Source of the DNA: Vicinamibacteria bacterium
GTDB lineage: Bacteria; Acidobacteriota; Vicinamibacteria; Marinacidobacterales; Marinacidobacteraceae
Length of the DNA stretch: 64,000 nucleotides
NCBI GenBank assembly: GCA_963668695.2
Contig: CAXXLQ010000004.1
Location: 192,001 to 256,000, forward strand
Reading direction: 5' to 3'
The notes under the pieces were generated by a model. It made no database searches and was not told the DNA's origin. It saw nothing but the letters and a program-made list of their open reading frames with translations. Of this stretch, positions 38,075 to 48,970 are shown piece by piece (positions within the stretch are counted from its first letter, which is position 1; the number at the start of each line of letters is the position of its first letter). A program made the translations under genes and the position numbers.

Positions 38075-40714
38075 ATGAAATCACAAACTGCCGTTAACAG
38101 CCTGTGGTGGAACCCGGGTGAGTGCCGAGAGCGGCGAGGCGCCCGGCTGACAAGGCGCGTGAGGGAGGAATACCGGGTGTATTTCGACCGAAACGCAACG
38201 CAGAACGGAGCGGAGCGGAGTGGTTCAGCCGGGATGGATCGCCGCTCGAGCCCCCACCGGGAGAACTGGGCCGCCTGGGTTTCACCACAGGCTGTTAAGA
38301 CGGGGCTCTCGCTCCTGCTCTTGGTGGCGGGCGCCGCTTTCGGGGCGGCGGCCGCGGGTTCTGCCGCTATCGCAGAGCCCCCGCGCGTGGCGGAAACCAC
38401 ACCATCCGACGCCGCGGCGAACCGCGTCGTGCGCAGCACCTGCGTCATGTGCCACAACGATCGGCTCCGGACCGGCAACCTGTCGCTCCAGGAGTTCGAC
38501 GTGACGAACGCGGCCGAGCACGCCGACGTCGCCGAGGAGATGGTCCGGAAGCTGCGGGCCGGCATGATGCCGCCGCCCGGCGCGCGCCGGACGGGCAGCG
38601 AGGCGCTCCTGACGCTGGTCGAGACCCTGGAACACCGTCTCGATGAGGCCGCCGCCCTGGCCCCCGACCCGGGCAACCGGCCCTTCCAGCGCCTCAACCG
38701 CTCGGAATACGAGAAGGCGATTCGCGACCTGCTCGGGCTCGAGGTGGACGCCGGAAACTGGCTGCCGCTCGATCCGGTGAGCCACAACTTCGACAACATC
38801 GCCGAGGCCCAGACACTTTCGGCCACGCTGCTCGAGGCCTACCTGAATGCGGCCAGCTCCATCAGCCGCCTCGCGGTCGGCCAGCGAAGCGGGAAGGCGG
38901 TGGATTCAACCTACACCAACTCGCAGTACCTGTCGCAGCATCCGTGGGACCATGTCGAGGGCGCTCCGTACGGCACCCGGGGCGGGCTGGTCGTGAACCA
39001 TGTGTTCCCGGCCGATGCCGAGTACACCTTCGGGGTGACGTTCACCTCCGGGGACAACACCCGCATCGAGGACATCGACGTCTCGATCGATGGTGAGCGG
39101 GTCGCGCTGCTGGCCTACGACACCAACCGCGTGACCGGTGCTGACGGTCGGGGAAGCGTGATCACCCTGACCCCGCGCGTCTCCGTCCGGGCCGGAGCGC
39201 GGCGCATCGCAGCCGCTTTCATCCGGCACCAGGATGGGCCCTACGAGGATCTGATCCGCCCCCACGACTGGTCGTACGCCGGAGGCGGCTCGGGCGGCGC
39301 GGGCATCACAACGCTCCCGCACGTCCGCGACGTCATCATTACCGGCCCCTACAACGCGACCGGCCTGTCGGATACGGCCAGCCGGCACCGCATCTTCACC
39401 TGCCGTCCGACCGCTGCCGACGAGGCGCGGCCCTGCGCCAGCCGGATTCTCGCCCGGCTGGGCCGCGAAGCCTACCGGCGGACCCTCGACGACCGCGAGG
39501 TCGAAGACCTGCTCGCTTTCTTCGAAGAGGGCGCCGACGACGGCGGCTTCGAGGTTGGAGTGCGAACGGCGCTCGAGGCGATGCTCGCGAGCCCGCATTT
39601 CGTGCTGCGGCTGGAACGGGAACCGCTGGACGCCCCGGAGCGGGGCTACCGGTTGAGTGACGTGGACATCGCCTCGCGGCTCTCGTTCTTCCTGTGGGGG
39701 ACGCCCCCGGATGACGAGCTCCAAGTGCTCGCGGACGAGGGCCTGTTGACGCCAGAGGAACTGGATCGGCAGGCGCTGCGCATGCTCGCCGATCCGCGCG
39801 CCGCGGCGCTCGGCCCCCGCTTCGCCGCGCAGTGGTTCCGGCTACAGGACATGGACAAGGTCCGGCCCGACCCGAACTTCTTCCCCAATTTCGACGAAAA
39901 CCTGGCGGAGGCGATGCGGAGCGAGACCGAGTTGTTCTTCGCCAACCTGGTCCAGGAAGACCGGAGCCTGTTTGACCTCTTCCAGGCCGACTACACGTTC
40001 GTCAACGAGCGGCTCGCGCGCCACTACGGCCTTCCGGGAGTGGCCGGACGGCACTTCCGGCGCGTCCGCTACCCCGACGATACCCGCCGCGGGATCCTCG
40101 GCCACGGCAGCGTGCTGGTGCTTACCTCGCTCGCCAACCGCACCTCACCGGTGCTGCGCGGCAAGTGGGTGATGGAGGTGCTGCTCGGCACTCCGCCGCC
40201 CCCACCGCCGCCCGACATCCCCGCGCTCGAGGACATCGAAGAAGTGAACGAGGGCCGGCGGCTCACCACCCGCGAGCGGATGGAGATGCACGCCGCCAAC
40301 CCGAGTTGCAACTCCTGTCACCGGCTGATCGATCCGATCGGGCTCGCCCTCGACAACTTCGACGTGACAGGCAAATGGCGCCTACGCGAGAACGGCGGCC
40401 CACTGGATACGCTCGGCGACTTTTACGACGGCACGCCGGTTTCCTCGCCAAGCGAGTTGGTGGACGCCCTGCTGGTGCGGCCCATTCCGCTGGCGCGCAC
40501 TTTCACGGAAAACCTGTTGGCCTTCGCGGTCGGCCGGCCGATCGAAGCGTTTGATCAGCCGACCATCCGCAACATCGTTCGAGAGGCCGAGGCGAACGAT
40601 TCCCGCATGGCGTCGTTCATCATGGGCGTCGTCCGAAGCGACGCCTTCCAGCGCAAACGGTCGACCGAACGCGCAAGCCAGACAACAGCAGCACCAGAGA
40701 GCAGCAGCAACTGA
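38075..40714 (+). CDS. Exported c-type-heme DUF1592-family protein (DUF1587/1595/1592/1588/1585 architecture) with an in-frame repeat insertion in the signal peptide
   Basis: CVMCH and CNSCH heme motifs, MMPP, RLNRSEY..IRDLLG, ASRLSFFLW, RTSPVLRGKWV, IDPIGLALDNFD. Confidence 0.88.
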   Translation: MKSQTAVNSLWWNPGECRERRGARLTRRVREEYRVYFDRNATQNGAERSGSAGMDRRSSPHRENWAAWVSPQAVKTGLSLLLLVAGAAFGAAAAGSAAIAEPPRVAETTPSDAAANRVVRSTCVMCHNDRLRTGNLSLQEFDVTNAAEHADVAEEMVRKLRAGMMPPPGARRTGSEALLTLVETLEHRLDEAAALAPDPGNRPFQRLNRSEYEKAIRDLLGLEVDAGNWLPLDPVSHNFDNIAEAQTLSATLLEAYLNAASSISRLAVGQRSGKAVDSTYTNSQYLSQHPWDHVEGAPYGTRGGLVVNHVFPADAEYTFGVTFTSGDNTRIEDIDVSIDGERVALLAYDTNRVTGADGRGSVITLTPRVSVRAGARRIAAAFIRHQDGPYEDLIRPHDWSYAGGGSGGAGITTLPHVRDVIITGPYNATGLSDTASRHRIFTCRPTAADEARPCASRILARLGREAYRRTLDDREVEDLLAFFEEGADDGGFEVGVRTALEAMLASPHFVLRLEREPLDAPERGYRLSDVDIASRLSFFLWGTPPDDELQVLADEGLLTPEELDRQALRMLADPRAAALGPRFAAQWFRLQDMDKVRPDPNFFPNFDENLAEAMRSETELFFANLVQEDRSLFDLFQADYTFVNERLARHYGLPGVAGRHFRRVRYPDDTRRGILGHGSVLVLTSLANRTSPVLRGKWVMEVLLGTPPPPPPPDIPALEDIEEVNEGRRLTTRERMEMHAANPSCNSCHRLIDPIGLALDNFDVTGKWRLRENGGPLDTLGDFYDGTPVSSPSELVDALLVRPIPLARTFTENLLAFAVGRPIEAFDQPTIRNIVREAEANDSRMASFIMGVVRSDAFQRKRSTERASQTTAAPESSSN
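38098..38294. mobile_element. Family-A repeat (197 bp plus TTAA duplication) inserted in frame in a CDS
   Basis: TTAA|CAGCCTGTGGTGGAACCCGGG...CCTGGGTTTCACCACAGGCTG|TTAA; 21-bp terminal inverted repeats with 2 mismatches. Confidence 0.95.
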
Positions 40715-40724
40715 GGAGTAGATC

Positions 40725-42140
40725 ATGTCCCTGATTACCGGAAAGCACCTGCCCCGCCGGACCTTCCTGCGTGGCGTGGGGGCCTCTGTCGCCCTCCCGT
40801 TCCTGGATGCAATGGCGCCGGCCGGCCGCTCGGGCCGCAACGTCGCGTCAGCGGCGGAGGCCAAGGACGTGACCCGCCTCGTCTGCATCGAGGAGGTGCA
40901 CGGGCTGCCCGGCTGCAACAAGTGGGGCGCCAGCCGTCACCTGTTCGCGCCGGCCACGGAGGGTCGCGACTTCGAGCTGCTACCCGAGAACGCCTTGAAG
41001 CCTCTGGAGCCGTTCCAGGACTACCTGACGATCGTCAGCAACACCGATGTCAGGATGGCCGAGGCGTTCACCGGGCCGGAGATCGGCGGGGACCACTTCC
41101 GGTCCTCCGCAGTCTTCCTGACCCAGTCCCACCCGAAGCAGACACAGGGTTCCGACATCTGGTGCGGCACTTCGCTCGACCAGCTCTACGCGCAGCGGTT
41201 TGGCCAGGCCACGCCGATGCCGTCGCTACAGCTCTGCATCGAGAACCTGGATCAGGCCGGCGGCTGCACCTACAACTACTCCTGCGCCTATACCGACTCG
41301 ATCAGCTGGGCGTCGCCGAACGACCCCCTGCCGATGATCCGCGACCCGCGCATTGCCTTCGAGATGCTCTTCGGGGCGGGCAGCAGTCCGGAGGAGCGCG
41401 CCGAGCGCCGGGCTACCCGCCGCAGCATCCTCGACTGGATCCTCAGCGACGTGGCCGAGGTCCGAAACGAACTCGGCAATCTGGACCGCCTCCGGATGGA
41501 TCGCTATCTCGACCACGTCCGCGAGGTCGAACGGCGCATCCAGATGGTCGAGGGCCACAACGAGAGCGGGGAGGCGCGGGATCTGCCTGACGCCCCACCC
41601 GGCGTGCCGGACTCGTTCTCCGAGCACATGCGGCTCATGTTCGATCTCCAGGTACTGGCGCTGGAGACCGATATGACCCGGGTGGTCGCGTTCAAGACGG
41701 GGCGCGATGCCCAGAACCGCTCGTTCCCGGACAGCGGCACGAACTCACCCTTCCATCCCGCCTCGCACCACGGAAACAACGAAGAGCGGATCATGGACTT
41801 CAATTCGATCTGCCAGTACCGCGTGGGCCAGCTCCCCTACTTCCTCGAGCAGCTCAAGAACACCACGGAAGGCGGCGTCTCCCTGCTCGACAAGACCGCG
41901 ATCATCTGGGGCTCGCCGATGGCCGACTCCAACATCCACAACCACCGGCGCGCGCCGCTGATCTTCTTGGGCCGGGCCAACGGGCATCTCACCGGAAACC
42001 TTCACGTGAAGGCGCCGGACGAGACGCCGATGGCCAACGCGATGCTCGCGCTTATGCAGTCGCTGGGCCTCGAGACGGATTCCTTCGGCGACAGCAACGG
42101 CATCCTTCCGGTGTCGGCGTCGCCGCTGGACACCGATTAG
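40725..42140 (+). CDS. DUF1552 (HXXSHH) family protein with Tat-like signal
   Basis: LPRRTFLRGVGASVALPFLDAM, YSCAYTDSISW and FHPASHHG; GAGGAG ribosome-binding site. Confidence 0.88.
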   Translation: MSLITGKHLPRRTFLRGVGASVALPFLDAMAPAGRSGRNVASAAEAKDVTRLVCIEEVHGLPGCNKWGASRHLFAPATEGRDFELLPENALKPLEPFQDYLTIVSNTDVRMAEAFTGPEIGGDHFRSSAVFLTQSHPKQTQGSDIWCGTSLDQLYAQRFGQATPMPSLQLCIENLDQAGGCTYNYSCAYTDSISWASPNDPLPMIRDPRIAFEMLFGAGSSPEERAERRATRRSILDWILSDVAEVRNELGNLDRLRMDRYLDHVREVERRIQMVEGHNESGEARDLPDAPPGVPDSFSEHMRLMFDLQVLALETDMTRVVAFKTGRDAQNRSFPDSGTNSPFHPASHHGNNEERIMDFNSICQYRVGQLPYFLEQLKNTTEGGVSLLDKTAIIWGSPMADSNIHNHRRAPLIFLGRANGHLTGNLHVKAPDETPMANAMLALMQSLGLETDSFGDSNGILPVSASPLDTD

Positions 42141-42172
42141 CCGTCCGGGGCTCGCGGACAGGGGGAAAACCA

Positions 42173-44035
42173 GTGCGCCTGAAAGGAACTTCAAGTCGTC
42201 TCTGCGCCGTCGCCGCGGCGCTGCTGATCGCCGGCGGCGCGATTTCGGCTCCGCCCGTGGCGGCGCCGGTCGCCGACGCCGCGCGCCTCGGCGACCTCGC
42301 TGCGGTACGGGCCCTGCTTGCCCAGGGTGAGGACGCCAACGCCGCGCACGGAGACGGCATGTCGGCCCTGCACTGGGCCGCCGAGCGGGGTGACACGGAA
42401 CTCGTCGAAACGCTCCTGCAGGGCGGCGCCAGCGTGGACGCGGTAACCCGCATCGGGAACTACGCGCCGCTGCACGTGGCGAGCGCCGCCGGCCAGGCGG
42501 AGGTCGTCGAATTGCTGCTTCGAGCGGGATCCGACGCGACCAGCGCCACGAGCACGAGCGGAGCGACGCCGCTGCACCTTGCCGCCAATTCCGGGAGCGT
42601 CGCGACGATCACCGCACTGATCGACCACGGGGCCGCGGTGGACGCGCCGGAGAAGACGTGGGGGCACACGCCGCTGATCTTCGCGGCGGCGCGCAACCGC
42701 GTGGATGCGATCCGTGCGCTGCTGGAGCGCGGGGCAGACCCGGCGGCCACTGCAAAGAAGGTGGACCTGTTGGCCGATTACAAGTTGGCCGAGGCGGCCA
42801 AGAAGCGGCAACAGGCCGTGCTGGAGGCGTTCGCCGTGGGGGACGCCGAGCCGACTTCCAGCCAGGTGCAGGCCGCGGTGCTCGCGGCCCGTGATCTCTA
42901 CCTTGCCGGGGAGGCCCCCGAAGATGAGAGCGAGGACGACGATCCGTTTGCCCGCTTCCGCCGGCCGCAACTGGAGGCCAAGGGCGGCATGACGGCTCTG
43001 CTGCATGCGGCTCGGCAGGGGTACCACGACGCCGCGACGGCGCTCCTCGACGGCGACGCCGACATCAATCAGGTCTCGGAAGGGGACGGCACCAGCCCGC
43101 TGCTGATGGCCACGATCAATGGGCAGTTCGATCTGGCGCTCCAGCTCCTCGAGCGCGGCGCCGATCCCAATATCGCGGACCACACGAATGGGGTGACCCC
43201 GCTATGGGCCGCCGTCAACGCCGAGTGGCAGCCTCGCACCCGGTTTCCGCAACCGCAGGAACACGGTTTCCAGAAGGCGAACTATCTGGACGTGATGCGA
43301 GCGCTACTCGATGCCGGCGCGGATCCGAATGTCCGAATCAAGAAGCATCCCTGGTACATGGTCTATAGCGGCTGCGGCAACGCCAACTGCGGGCTCGTGA
43401 ACACCGCGGGCGCGACCGCGTTCTGGCGGGCCGCCTATGCGACCGACGTGCCGGCGATGCGCCTGCTCGCGGAACACGGCGCCGATCCGAACATCCCTAC
43501 CACGGCGCCGGAGCCGCGTCGGAGGCGGGGCGGTACGACGGCCGTAAACGACGAAAAAAAGGGTTCGCTCTCGGCCCTGCCCGCCGCGCCCGGCCTGTGG
43601 ATCCCGACCGACTTGACCTCCATGGGACCCGACCCATCCGGCCTGCCGCCGTACAAGGCCGGGGATCCGGGGGTTTATCCGATCCACGCCGCCTCGGGGG
43701 TTGGCTACGGCGAGGGCTTCGCGGGGAATGCGCATCGTCACGTAAAGGACGCCTGGCTGGCGTCAGTCCAGTACCTGGTCGAACTGGGCGCCGACATCAA
43801 ACAGCGGGACTTCAAGGGCTACAACGCTCTCCACCACGCGGCCGCCCGCGGCGACAACGACCTGATCCTCTATCTGGTCGAGAATGGAGGAGATGTCACC
43901 GCCGTGAGCCGGCTCGGCCAGACGACGGCTGACATGGCGAATGGTCCGGTACAGCGGGTCTCGCCGATTCCCGCGACCGTGGCGCTGCTGGAGAGCCTGG
44001 GCTCGAAGAACAACCACAACTGCGTCTCTTGCTAA
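42173..44035 (+). CDS. Secreted ankyrin-repeat protein
   Basis: Signal peptide; repeated G.TPLH.AA..G units; C-terminal NNHNCVSC. Confidence 0.92.
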   Translation: MRLKGTSSRLCAVAAALLIAGGAISAPPVAAPVADAARLGDLAAVRALLAQGEDANAAHGDGMSALHWAAERGDTELVETLLQGGASVDAVTRIGNYAPLHVASAAGQAEVVELLLRAGSDATSATSTSGATPLHLAANSGSVATITALIDHGAAVDAPEKTWGHTPLIFAAARNRVDAIRALLERGADPAATAKKVDLLADYKLAEAAKKRQQAVLEAFAVGDAEPTSSQVQAAVLAARDLYLAGEAPEDESEDDDPFARFRRPQLEAKGGMTALLHAARQGYHDAATALLDGDADINQVSEGDGTSPLLMATINGQFDLALQLLERGADPNIADHTNGVTPLWAAVNAEWQPRTRFPQPQEHGFQKANYLDVMRALLDAGADPNVRIKKHPWYMVYSGCGNANCGLVNTAGATAFWRAAYATDVPAMRLLAEHGADPNIPTTAPEPRRRRGGTTAVNDEKKGSLSALPAAPGLWIPTDLTSMGPDPSGLPPYKAGDPGVYPIHAASGVGYGEGFAGNAHRHVKDAWLASVQYLVELGADIKQRDFKGYNALHHAAARGDNDLILYLVENGGDVTAVSRLGQTTADMANGPVQRVSPIPATVALLESLGSKNNHNCVSC

Positions 44036-44805
44036 GCACGTTCAAGGCAAGGCGCTGGGCGCCGGCCGCGCTTGTGCTGGCCGGCGCCCTTCCGGCGGCG
44101 GCCCCGGCGCAGGATGCGCCGGAAGCGGCACCGTGGACGGAAATGACCCTCGTCGGGGTGGCACCCGGCCAAGTGGACGAGTTCCTGGCGGCGCAGCGCG
44201 AGCTGTCGGCCCTCGAAAAAGCGGCGGACGTGCCCTGGCGCAGCGTCAGCCGGACCGCGGCGTTTGGCGACACCTACCGCTTTGTGATCATGACGCCGCT
44301 CGCCAACTTCGCCCGGCTCGATCAGCCCGAGCGCCCCGATCCTGCGCGCGCGAGCATCGAGAATCGCATCCAGCGCACCGTGACCAGCTACCGGACCTAC
44401 GCGCTGCGGACGACGCCCGACCTCGACAATCCGCTCCCTGACGACGAGGACCCCGCCCTGACGCTCGTCCAGTTGATCACCGTCGTTCCCGGACGCGAAC
44501 AGGACTACATTCGGGTCATGGCCGAGGACGTGCTGCCGCACTTCAAGGAAGCGGAGATGCACCACTCCTCCGGCGCCCTGACTTTCGGCGGTGACAGTGG
44601 GTATGTCCACTTCTTCCACGTCGGGAACTTCGCCGCGCTCGACCAGGGTTCGCCGCTGGCCCGCGCCCTTGGTGCGGAGGGCGCGCTGAAGATCACTTCG
44701 AAGCTCGCGGGCGTCCTGTCGCGTACGGAGCAGTGGCTCGTCCGGTACCTTCCGGACACCAGCTTCCGGCCGGAAGCGGAATCAAAAGCCGAGAACCGAG
44801 ACTGA
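44029..44805 (+). CDS. Secreted hypothetical protein, probably two dimeric alpha+beta barrel (NIPSNAP/ABM-like) repeats
   Basis: Signal peptide ending APA-Q; two halves with V.PG...EF/DY and NFA.LDQ motifs. Confidence 0.7.
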   Translation: MLSTFKARRWAPAALVLAGALPAAAPAQDAPEAAPWTEMTLVGVAPGQVDEFLAAQRELSALEKAADVPWRSVSRTAAFGDTYRFVIMTPLANFARLDQPERPDPARASIENRIQRTVTSYRTYALRTTPDLDNPLPDDEDPALTLVQLITVVPGREQDYIRVMAEDVLPHFKEAEMHHSSGALTFGGDSGYVHFFHVGNFAALDQGSPLARALGAEGALKITSKLAGVLSRTEQWLVRYLPDTSFRPEAESKAENRD

Positions 44806-44952
44806 TCCGACCGGGGAAGTGTCCCGGGCGGCTTCGATAGCGCTCCTGCGGCGGCGTGTCGTAGCGCGCTATGGCGCTCCGCCACCCGGGTCGAGAGTGG
44901 ATGGCATGACTTTCGCTGCCCCAGCGGGCGGCCCCGCTACAATGGCCGACGC

Positions 44953-46227
44953 GTGCCTGGTAAAGGGAAGAGTCGGAACGGCGGTCCCGCCGACAGCCTG
45001 AGTTGCTCGTTCTGTAACAAGCACCAGGGTGCGGTCGGCAAGCTGATCGCCGGACCTGACCGCATTTTCATCTGCGATGAATGCGTCGCAATCTGCAACG
45101 ACATCATCGCGGACAAGGGCAAGCCCGCGACTCAGGGGGCGGACAGCAAACGTCACCTCACGCCGAGCGAAATCAAGAACCGCCTCGACGAGTACGTGGT
45201 CGGCCAGGAAGAGGCGAAGAAGAAGCTGGCGGTCGCGGTGTACAACCACTACAAACGGATTCGGCTCACCCGCAACACCGCGCAAGAGCCCGAAGCCGTA
45301 GAACTGAGCAAGAGCAATGTGCTCCTGCTCGGGGAGACCGGCACCGGCAAGACGCTACTCGCGCAGACGCTTGCACGCATTCTGGACGTGCCCTTCACGA
45401 TCGTGGACGCCACCACGCTTACCGAAGCGGGATACGTCGGGGAAGACGTAGAGAACATCATCCTGAAACTGCTCCAGGCTGCGGACGGAGACATCGCCCG
45501 CGCCCAGGAGGGCATCATCTACGTGGACGAGATCGACAAGGTCTGCCGCAAGGACGAAAACCCTTCGATCACCCGGGATGTCTCGGGAGAGGGGGTTCAG
45601 CAGGCGCTCCTGAAGATCGTCGAAGGAACGCTTGCCAGCGTTCCACCCCAGGGGGGACGCAAGCATCCCCACCAGGAGTTCCATCAGGTGGACACCACGA
45701 ACATCCTGTTCATCTGCGGCGGCGCTTTCGTGGGTCTTGAATCGATTATCGAGCGCCGCGTCGGAACCAAGGCACTCGGCTTCGCGGCCGAGGTGCCGGA
45801 GAGCGCCAAGGCCCGGCGGGAGGCCACCCTCGATCAGCAGCGACCCTCGGATCTGATCCGTTACGGACTGATTCCCGAATTCGTCGGTCGGATGCCGGTT
45901 GTCGCGACCCTTCACAGTCTCGGCAAGCCGGAGCTGATCCGGATCATGACCGAGCCGAAGAACGCTATCGTGAAGCAGTATCAGACGCTTCTGCGCGACG
46001 AGGGAGTCGAGTTGACGTTCACCGCCGAGGCTCTCGACGCTATTGCCGCCCAGGCCTCCGAGCGCGACCTCGGGGCCCGAGGCCTCCGCATGATTATCGA
46101 GAACCTGATGCTGGATCTCATGTATGACCTCCCCTCCCGAAAGCAGGTGCGTGAGGTCGTGATCACCAGGAAATTCGCTACCGGACAGGCTGATCCGGTG
46201 ACCGTTCTTTCCCAAAAGGCCGGCTAA
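44953..46227 (+). CDS. clpX: ATP-dependent Clp protease ATP-binding subunit ClpX
   Basis: [13 protein letters not shown] zinc finger, [44 protein letters not shown]. Confidence 0.97.
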   Translation: MPGKGKSRNGGPADSLSCSFCNKHQGAVGKLIAGPDRIFICDECVAICNDIIADKGKPATQGADSKRHLTPSEIKNRLDEYVVGQEEAKKKLAVAVYNHYKRIRLTRNTAQEPEAVELSKSNVLLLGETGTGKTLLAQTLARILDVPFTIVDATTLTEAGYVGEDVENIILKLLQAADGDIARAQEGIIYVDEIDKVCRKDENPSITRDVSGEGVQQALLKIVEGTLASVPPQGGRKHPHQEFHQVDTTNILFICGGAFVGLESIIERRVGTKALGFAAEVPESAKARREATLDQQRPSDLIRYGLIPEFVGRMPVVATLHSLGKPELIRIMTEPKNAIVKQYQTLLRDEGVELTFTAEALDAIAAQASERDLGARGLRMIIENLMLDLMYDLPSRKQVREVVITRKFATGQADPVTVLSQKAG

Positions 46228-46230
46228 GCT

Positions 46231-46358
46231 CGACCGAAGCGCAACAACGAGCGACGCAAAGCGCCAGTTCTCCCGGTGGGGGGGCGGTTCAGCCGGGATG
46301 GATCGCCGGTCGAGCCCCCACCGGGAGAACTGGGCCGCGTGACTTCATCTACCGGCTG
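46231..46358. repeat. Partial (right-half) family-A repeat
   Basis: CGACCGAAGCGCAAC...CTACCGGCTG|CTAA with two 20-bp modules. Confidence 0.8.
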
Positions 46359-46395
46359 CTAAGTCCGTCCGGACCCTTCCTGCCACTTCTCATCC

Positions 46396-47025
46396 ATGCC
46401 GAAAGCGCCCCGCGAACGCGCCGTGTTCTCTACCAGCGCCGTCACCCGGGCCGGTTTTCCACCCCCCGCGCTTCCCGAGGTGTCGTTTGTCGGCAGATCG
46501 AACGTCGGGAAGTCGAGTCTTCTGAACCGGCTTGTTGGCCAGCGGGGTCTGGCTCACGTTTCCAAGACACCCGGCCGCACCCGGATGATCAACTTCTTTG
46601 AGATCGGCGGGCGTTACCGGCTGGTGGATCTTCCTGGCTATGGCTATGCGCGAGTGCCCGAGGCGCTGCGTGCGGGCTGGGAGGATCTGGTGCTGTCCTA
46701 CCTGACTGCCAGGGACAGTCTCGTGCTGAATCTTCTCCTCGTTGACTGCCGGCGCGATCCCCTGGAGAACGACCTCAGAGTGCTCGAGTTGCTCATCTTG
46801 AGCGAACGCCCGGTGGCGGTCGTGGCCACCAAGGCAGACAAACTCAAGAGCGGCGAGGCCGCCTCGCGCCTGCGGCTGCTTTCTCAGGCGTTCGGCGCCG
46901 GCGGACGTTTTCCGGTCGTCGCCTGCTCGAGTGTCGCGAACACAAAGCGGCCCCGAACTCCCGGTCGCGATGGGGTCGGCCAGATCCAGCGACTGATCGC
47001 CGAAAGGGTGAACGCATGGCGCTGA
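46396..47025 (+). CDS. engB: Ribosome biogenesis GTPase YihA/YsxC
   Basis: GRSNVGKSSLLN, SKTPGRT, DLPGYGYA, TKADK. Confidence 0.95.
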   Translation: MPKAPRERAVFSTSAVTRAGFPPPALPEVSFVGRSNVGKSSLLNRLVGQRGLAHVSKTPGRTRMINFFEIGGRYRLVDLPGYGYARVPEALRAGWEDLVLSYLTARDSLVLNLLLVDCRRDPLENDLRVLELLILSERPVAVVATKADKLKSGEAASRLRLLSQAFGAGGRFPVVACSSVANTKRPRTPGRDGVGQIQRLIAERVNAWR

Positions 47026-48377
47026 GCTCGGGCGCCGGCACGATCCGGCGCCGCTCCCGCAAGGTCTTTCGGGCCGGTCCCCGGGTACTCGAGAAGACGC
47101 CACCTCCGTCCGGGCCAGTGCTTTACACCGCGGAACTGGCGCGGATGAGTCCGCCCGATCTACAGCAGGTTGCGGCCGATCTCGGAGTCGAGTCTCCCGA
47201 CGCACTTACCCGGCAGGATCTTCTCTACGGTGTGCTCGGCGCCCACACCAGCCAGGGAGGACGGGTCGTGGCCCAGGGAACCCTGCACCGCCTGGTGGAA
47301 GGCTTCGGGTTCCTCCGCTCGCCGATCAACTCCTATCTCCCCGGCCCCAACGACGTCTACGTCTCACCCACGCAGATTCGGCGCTTCAACCTCAGAAACG
47401 GCGACATGCTGCTCGGAGATGTCCGCAGACCGCGGCGCGGGGAACGGTATTTCGGATTGCGGGACCTCGAGATGGTGAACGGCGAGCCGGCGGTGGAGAA
47501 CCCGGATCGCCCGGAATTCGAATCTCTCACGCCACTTCATCCTGACCGCATCATCCGACTCGAGAACGACTCGGGGGATCTGGCTGCCAGAGTGGTGGAT
47601 CTCGTGGCGCCCATCGGAGCCGGACAGCGCGGACTCATCGTGGCTCCTCCGCGCGCGGGAAAAACCGTTCTCCTGCAGTCCATCGCGGCCGGAATCCAGC
47701 GGAACCATCCGGACATCGAACTGATGGTGCTCCTCGTGGACGAGCGGCCGGAGGAAGTCTCGGACATGGTCAAGAACGTCCGGGGCGAAATCCTGAGTTC
47801 GACCTTTGACGAACGAGGAATCCGGCACATCCAGGTCGCCGAAGCGGCGCTCGACCGGGCCAAGCGCAAGGTCGAGTTGGGCAAGGACGTTGTCATCCTG
47901 CTCGACTCGTTGACCCGATTGGCGCGGGCCTACAACCAAACCAAGGCCTCCGCCCAGGGCAGACTGCTTTCCGGGGGCATGGACGCGACCGCCATCCAGT
48001 ACCCGAAGAAGTTCTTCGGCGCCGCCCGGAACATCGAACACGGAGGTTCCCTCACCATTCTGGCCACCGCGCTGGTGGACACCGGCAGCCGTCTTGACGA
48101 CCTCGTGTACGAAGAGTTCAAGGGCACCGGGAACATGGAGATCCACCTCGACCAGCGGCTCCTGGAGCAACGCCTTTTCCCCGCAATCGACTTGCATCAG
48201 AGCGGAACGCGGCGGGAAGAGCTGCTGCTGTCCCCCTCAGAGCTGCAGCGGATGGTCGTTCTCCGAAGGGTGCTCGCGTCGCTCGACGCGGTGGAGGCGA
48301 TGGCGCTCGTGATCGAGAGAATGAGACAAACCGCATCCAACGCGGATTTCCTGAGGGCGATGACGGACTCCGGCTGA
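47016..48377 (+). CDS. rho: Transcription termination factor Rho
   Basis: [53 protein letters not shown]. Confidence 0.97.
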   Translation: MALSSGAGTIRRRSRKVFRAGPRVLEKTPPPSGPVLYTAELARMSPPDLQQVAADLGVESPDALTRQDLLYGVLGAHTSQGGRVVAQGTLHRLVEGFGFLRSPINSYLPGPNDVYVSPTQIRRFNLRNGDMLLGDVRRPRRGERYFGLRDLEMVNGEPAVENPDRPEFESLTPLHPDRIIRLENDSGDLAARVVDLVAPIGAGQRGLIVAPPRAGKTVLLQSIAAGIQRNHPDIELMVLLVDERPEEVSDMVKNVRGEILSSTFDERGIRHIQVAEAALDRAKRKVELGKDVVILLDSLTRLARAYNQTKASAQGRLLSGGMDATAIQYPKKFFGAARNIEHGGSLTILATALVDTGSRLDDLVYEEFKGTGNMEIHLDQRLLEQRLFPAIDLHQSGTRREELLLSPSELQRMVVLRRVLASLDAVEAMALVIERMRQTASNADFLRAMTDSG

Positions 48378-48411
48378 TCGCCGCCGCGCAACCTTCGCCA
48401 CCGACTGCTGG

Positions 48412-48951
48412 CAGCCCGTGGACAACGTGGTGTGAGCGCCGAGAGCGGCCAGTCCTCCCGGTGGGGGCGAGGCGCCCGGCTGACAAGGCGCGCGAGGGAG
48501 GAGCCCCCACCGGGAGAACTGGCCCGGGTGTATTGCGACCGAAACGCAACGATGAGCGGCGCGCAGCGACGCGGTTCAGCCGGTGGTGGAACCCACGTGA
48601 GCGCCGAGGCCGGCGAGGCCCAGTTCTCCCGGTGGGGCCAGTTCTCCCGGTGGGGGCCCGGCTGACAAGGCGCGTGAGGGAGGAGCCCCCACCGGGAGAA
48701 CTGGCCCGGGTGTATTGCGACCGAAACGCAACGATGAGCGGCGCGCAGCGACGCGGTTCAGCCGGGATGGATCGCCGGCCGAGCCCCCACCGGGAGAACT
48801 GGGCCGCGCGGGTTTCATCACCGGCTGTTTGGCCGGGATGGATCGCCGGCCGAACGCCGCGTCGGTTTCATCAGCGGTTGTTTGGCCGGGATGCATCGCC
48901 GCTCGAGCCCCCACCGGGAGAACTGGGCCGCACAACTTTGTTCACCGGCTG
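48412..48951. mobile_element. Composite family-A repeat (540 bp)
   Basis: CTGG|CAGCCCGTGGACAA...TTGTTCACCGGCTG|CTAT; duplicated internal modules. Confidence 0.9.
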
Positions 48952-48970
48952 CTATTATTTGCGCCCTCAA

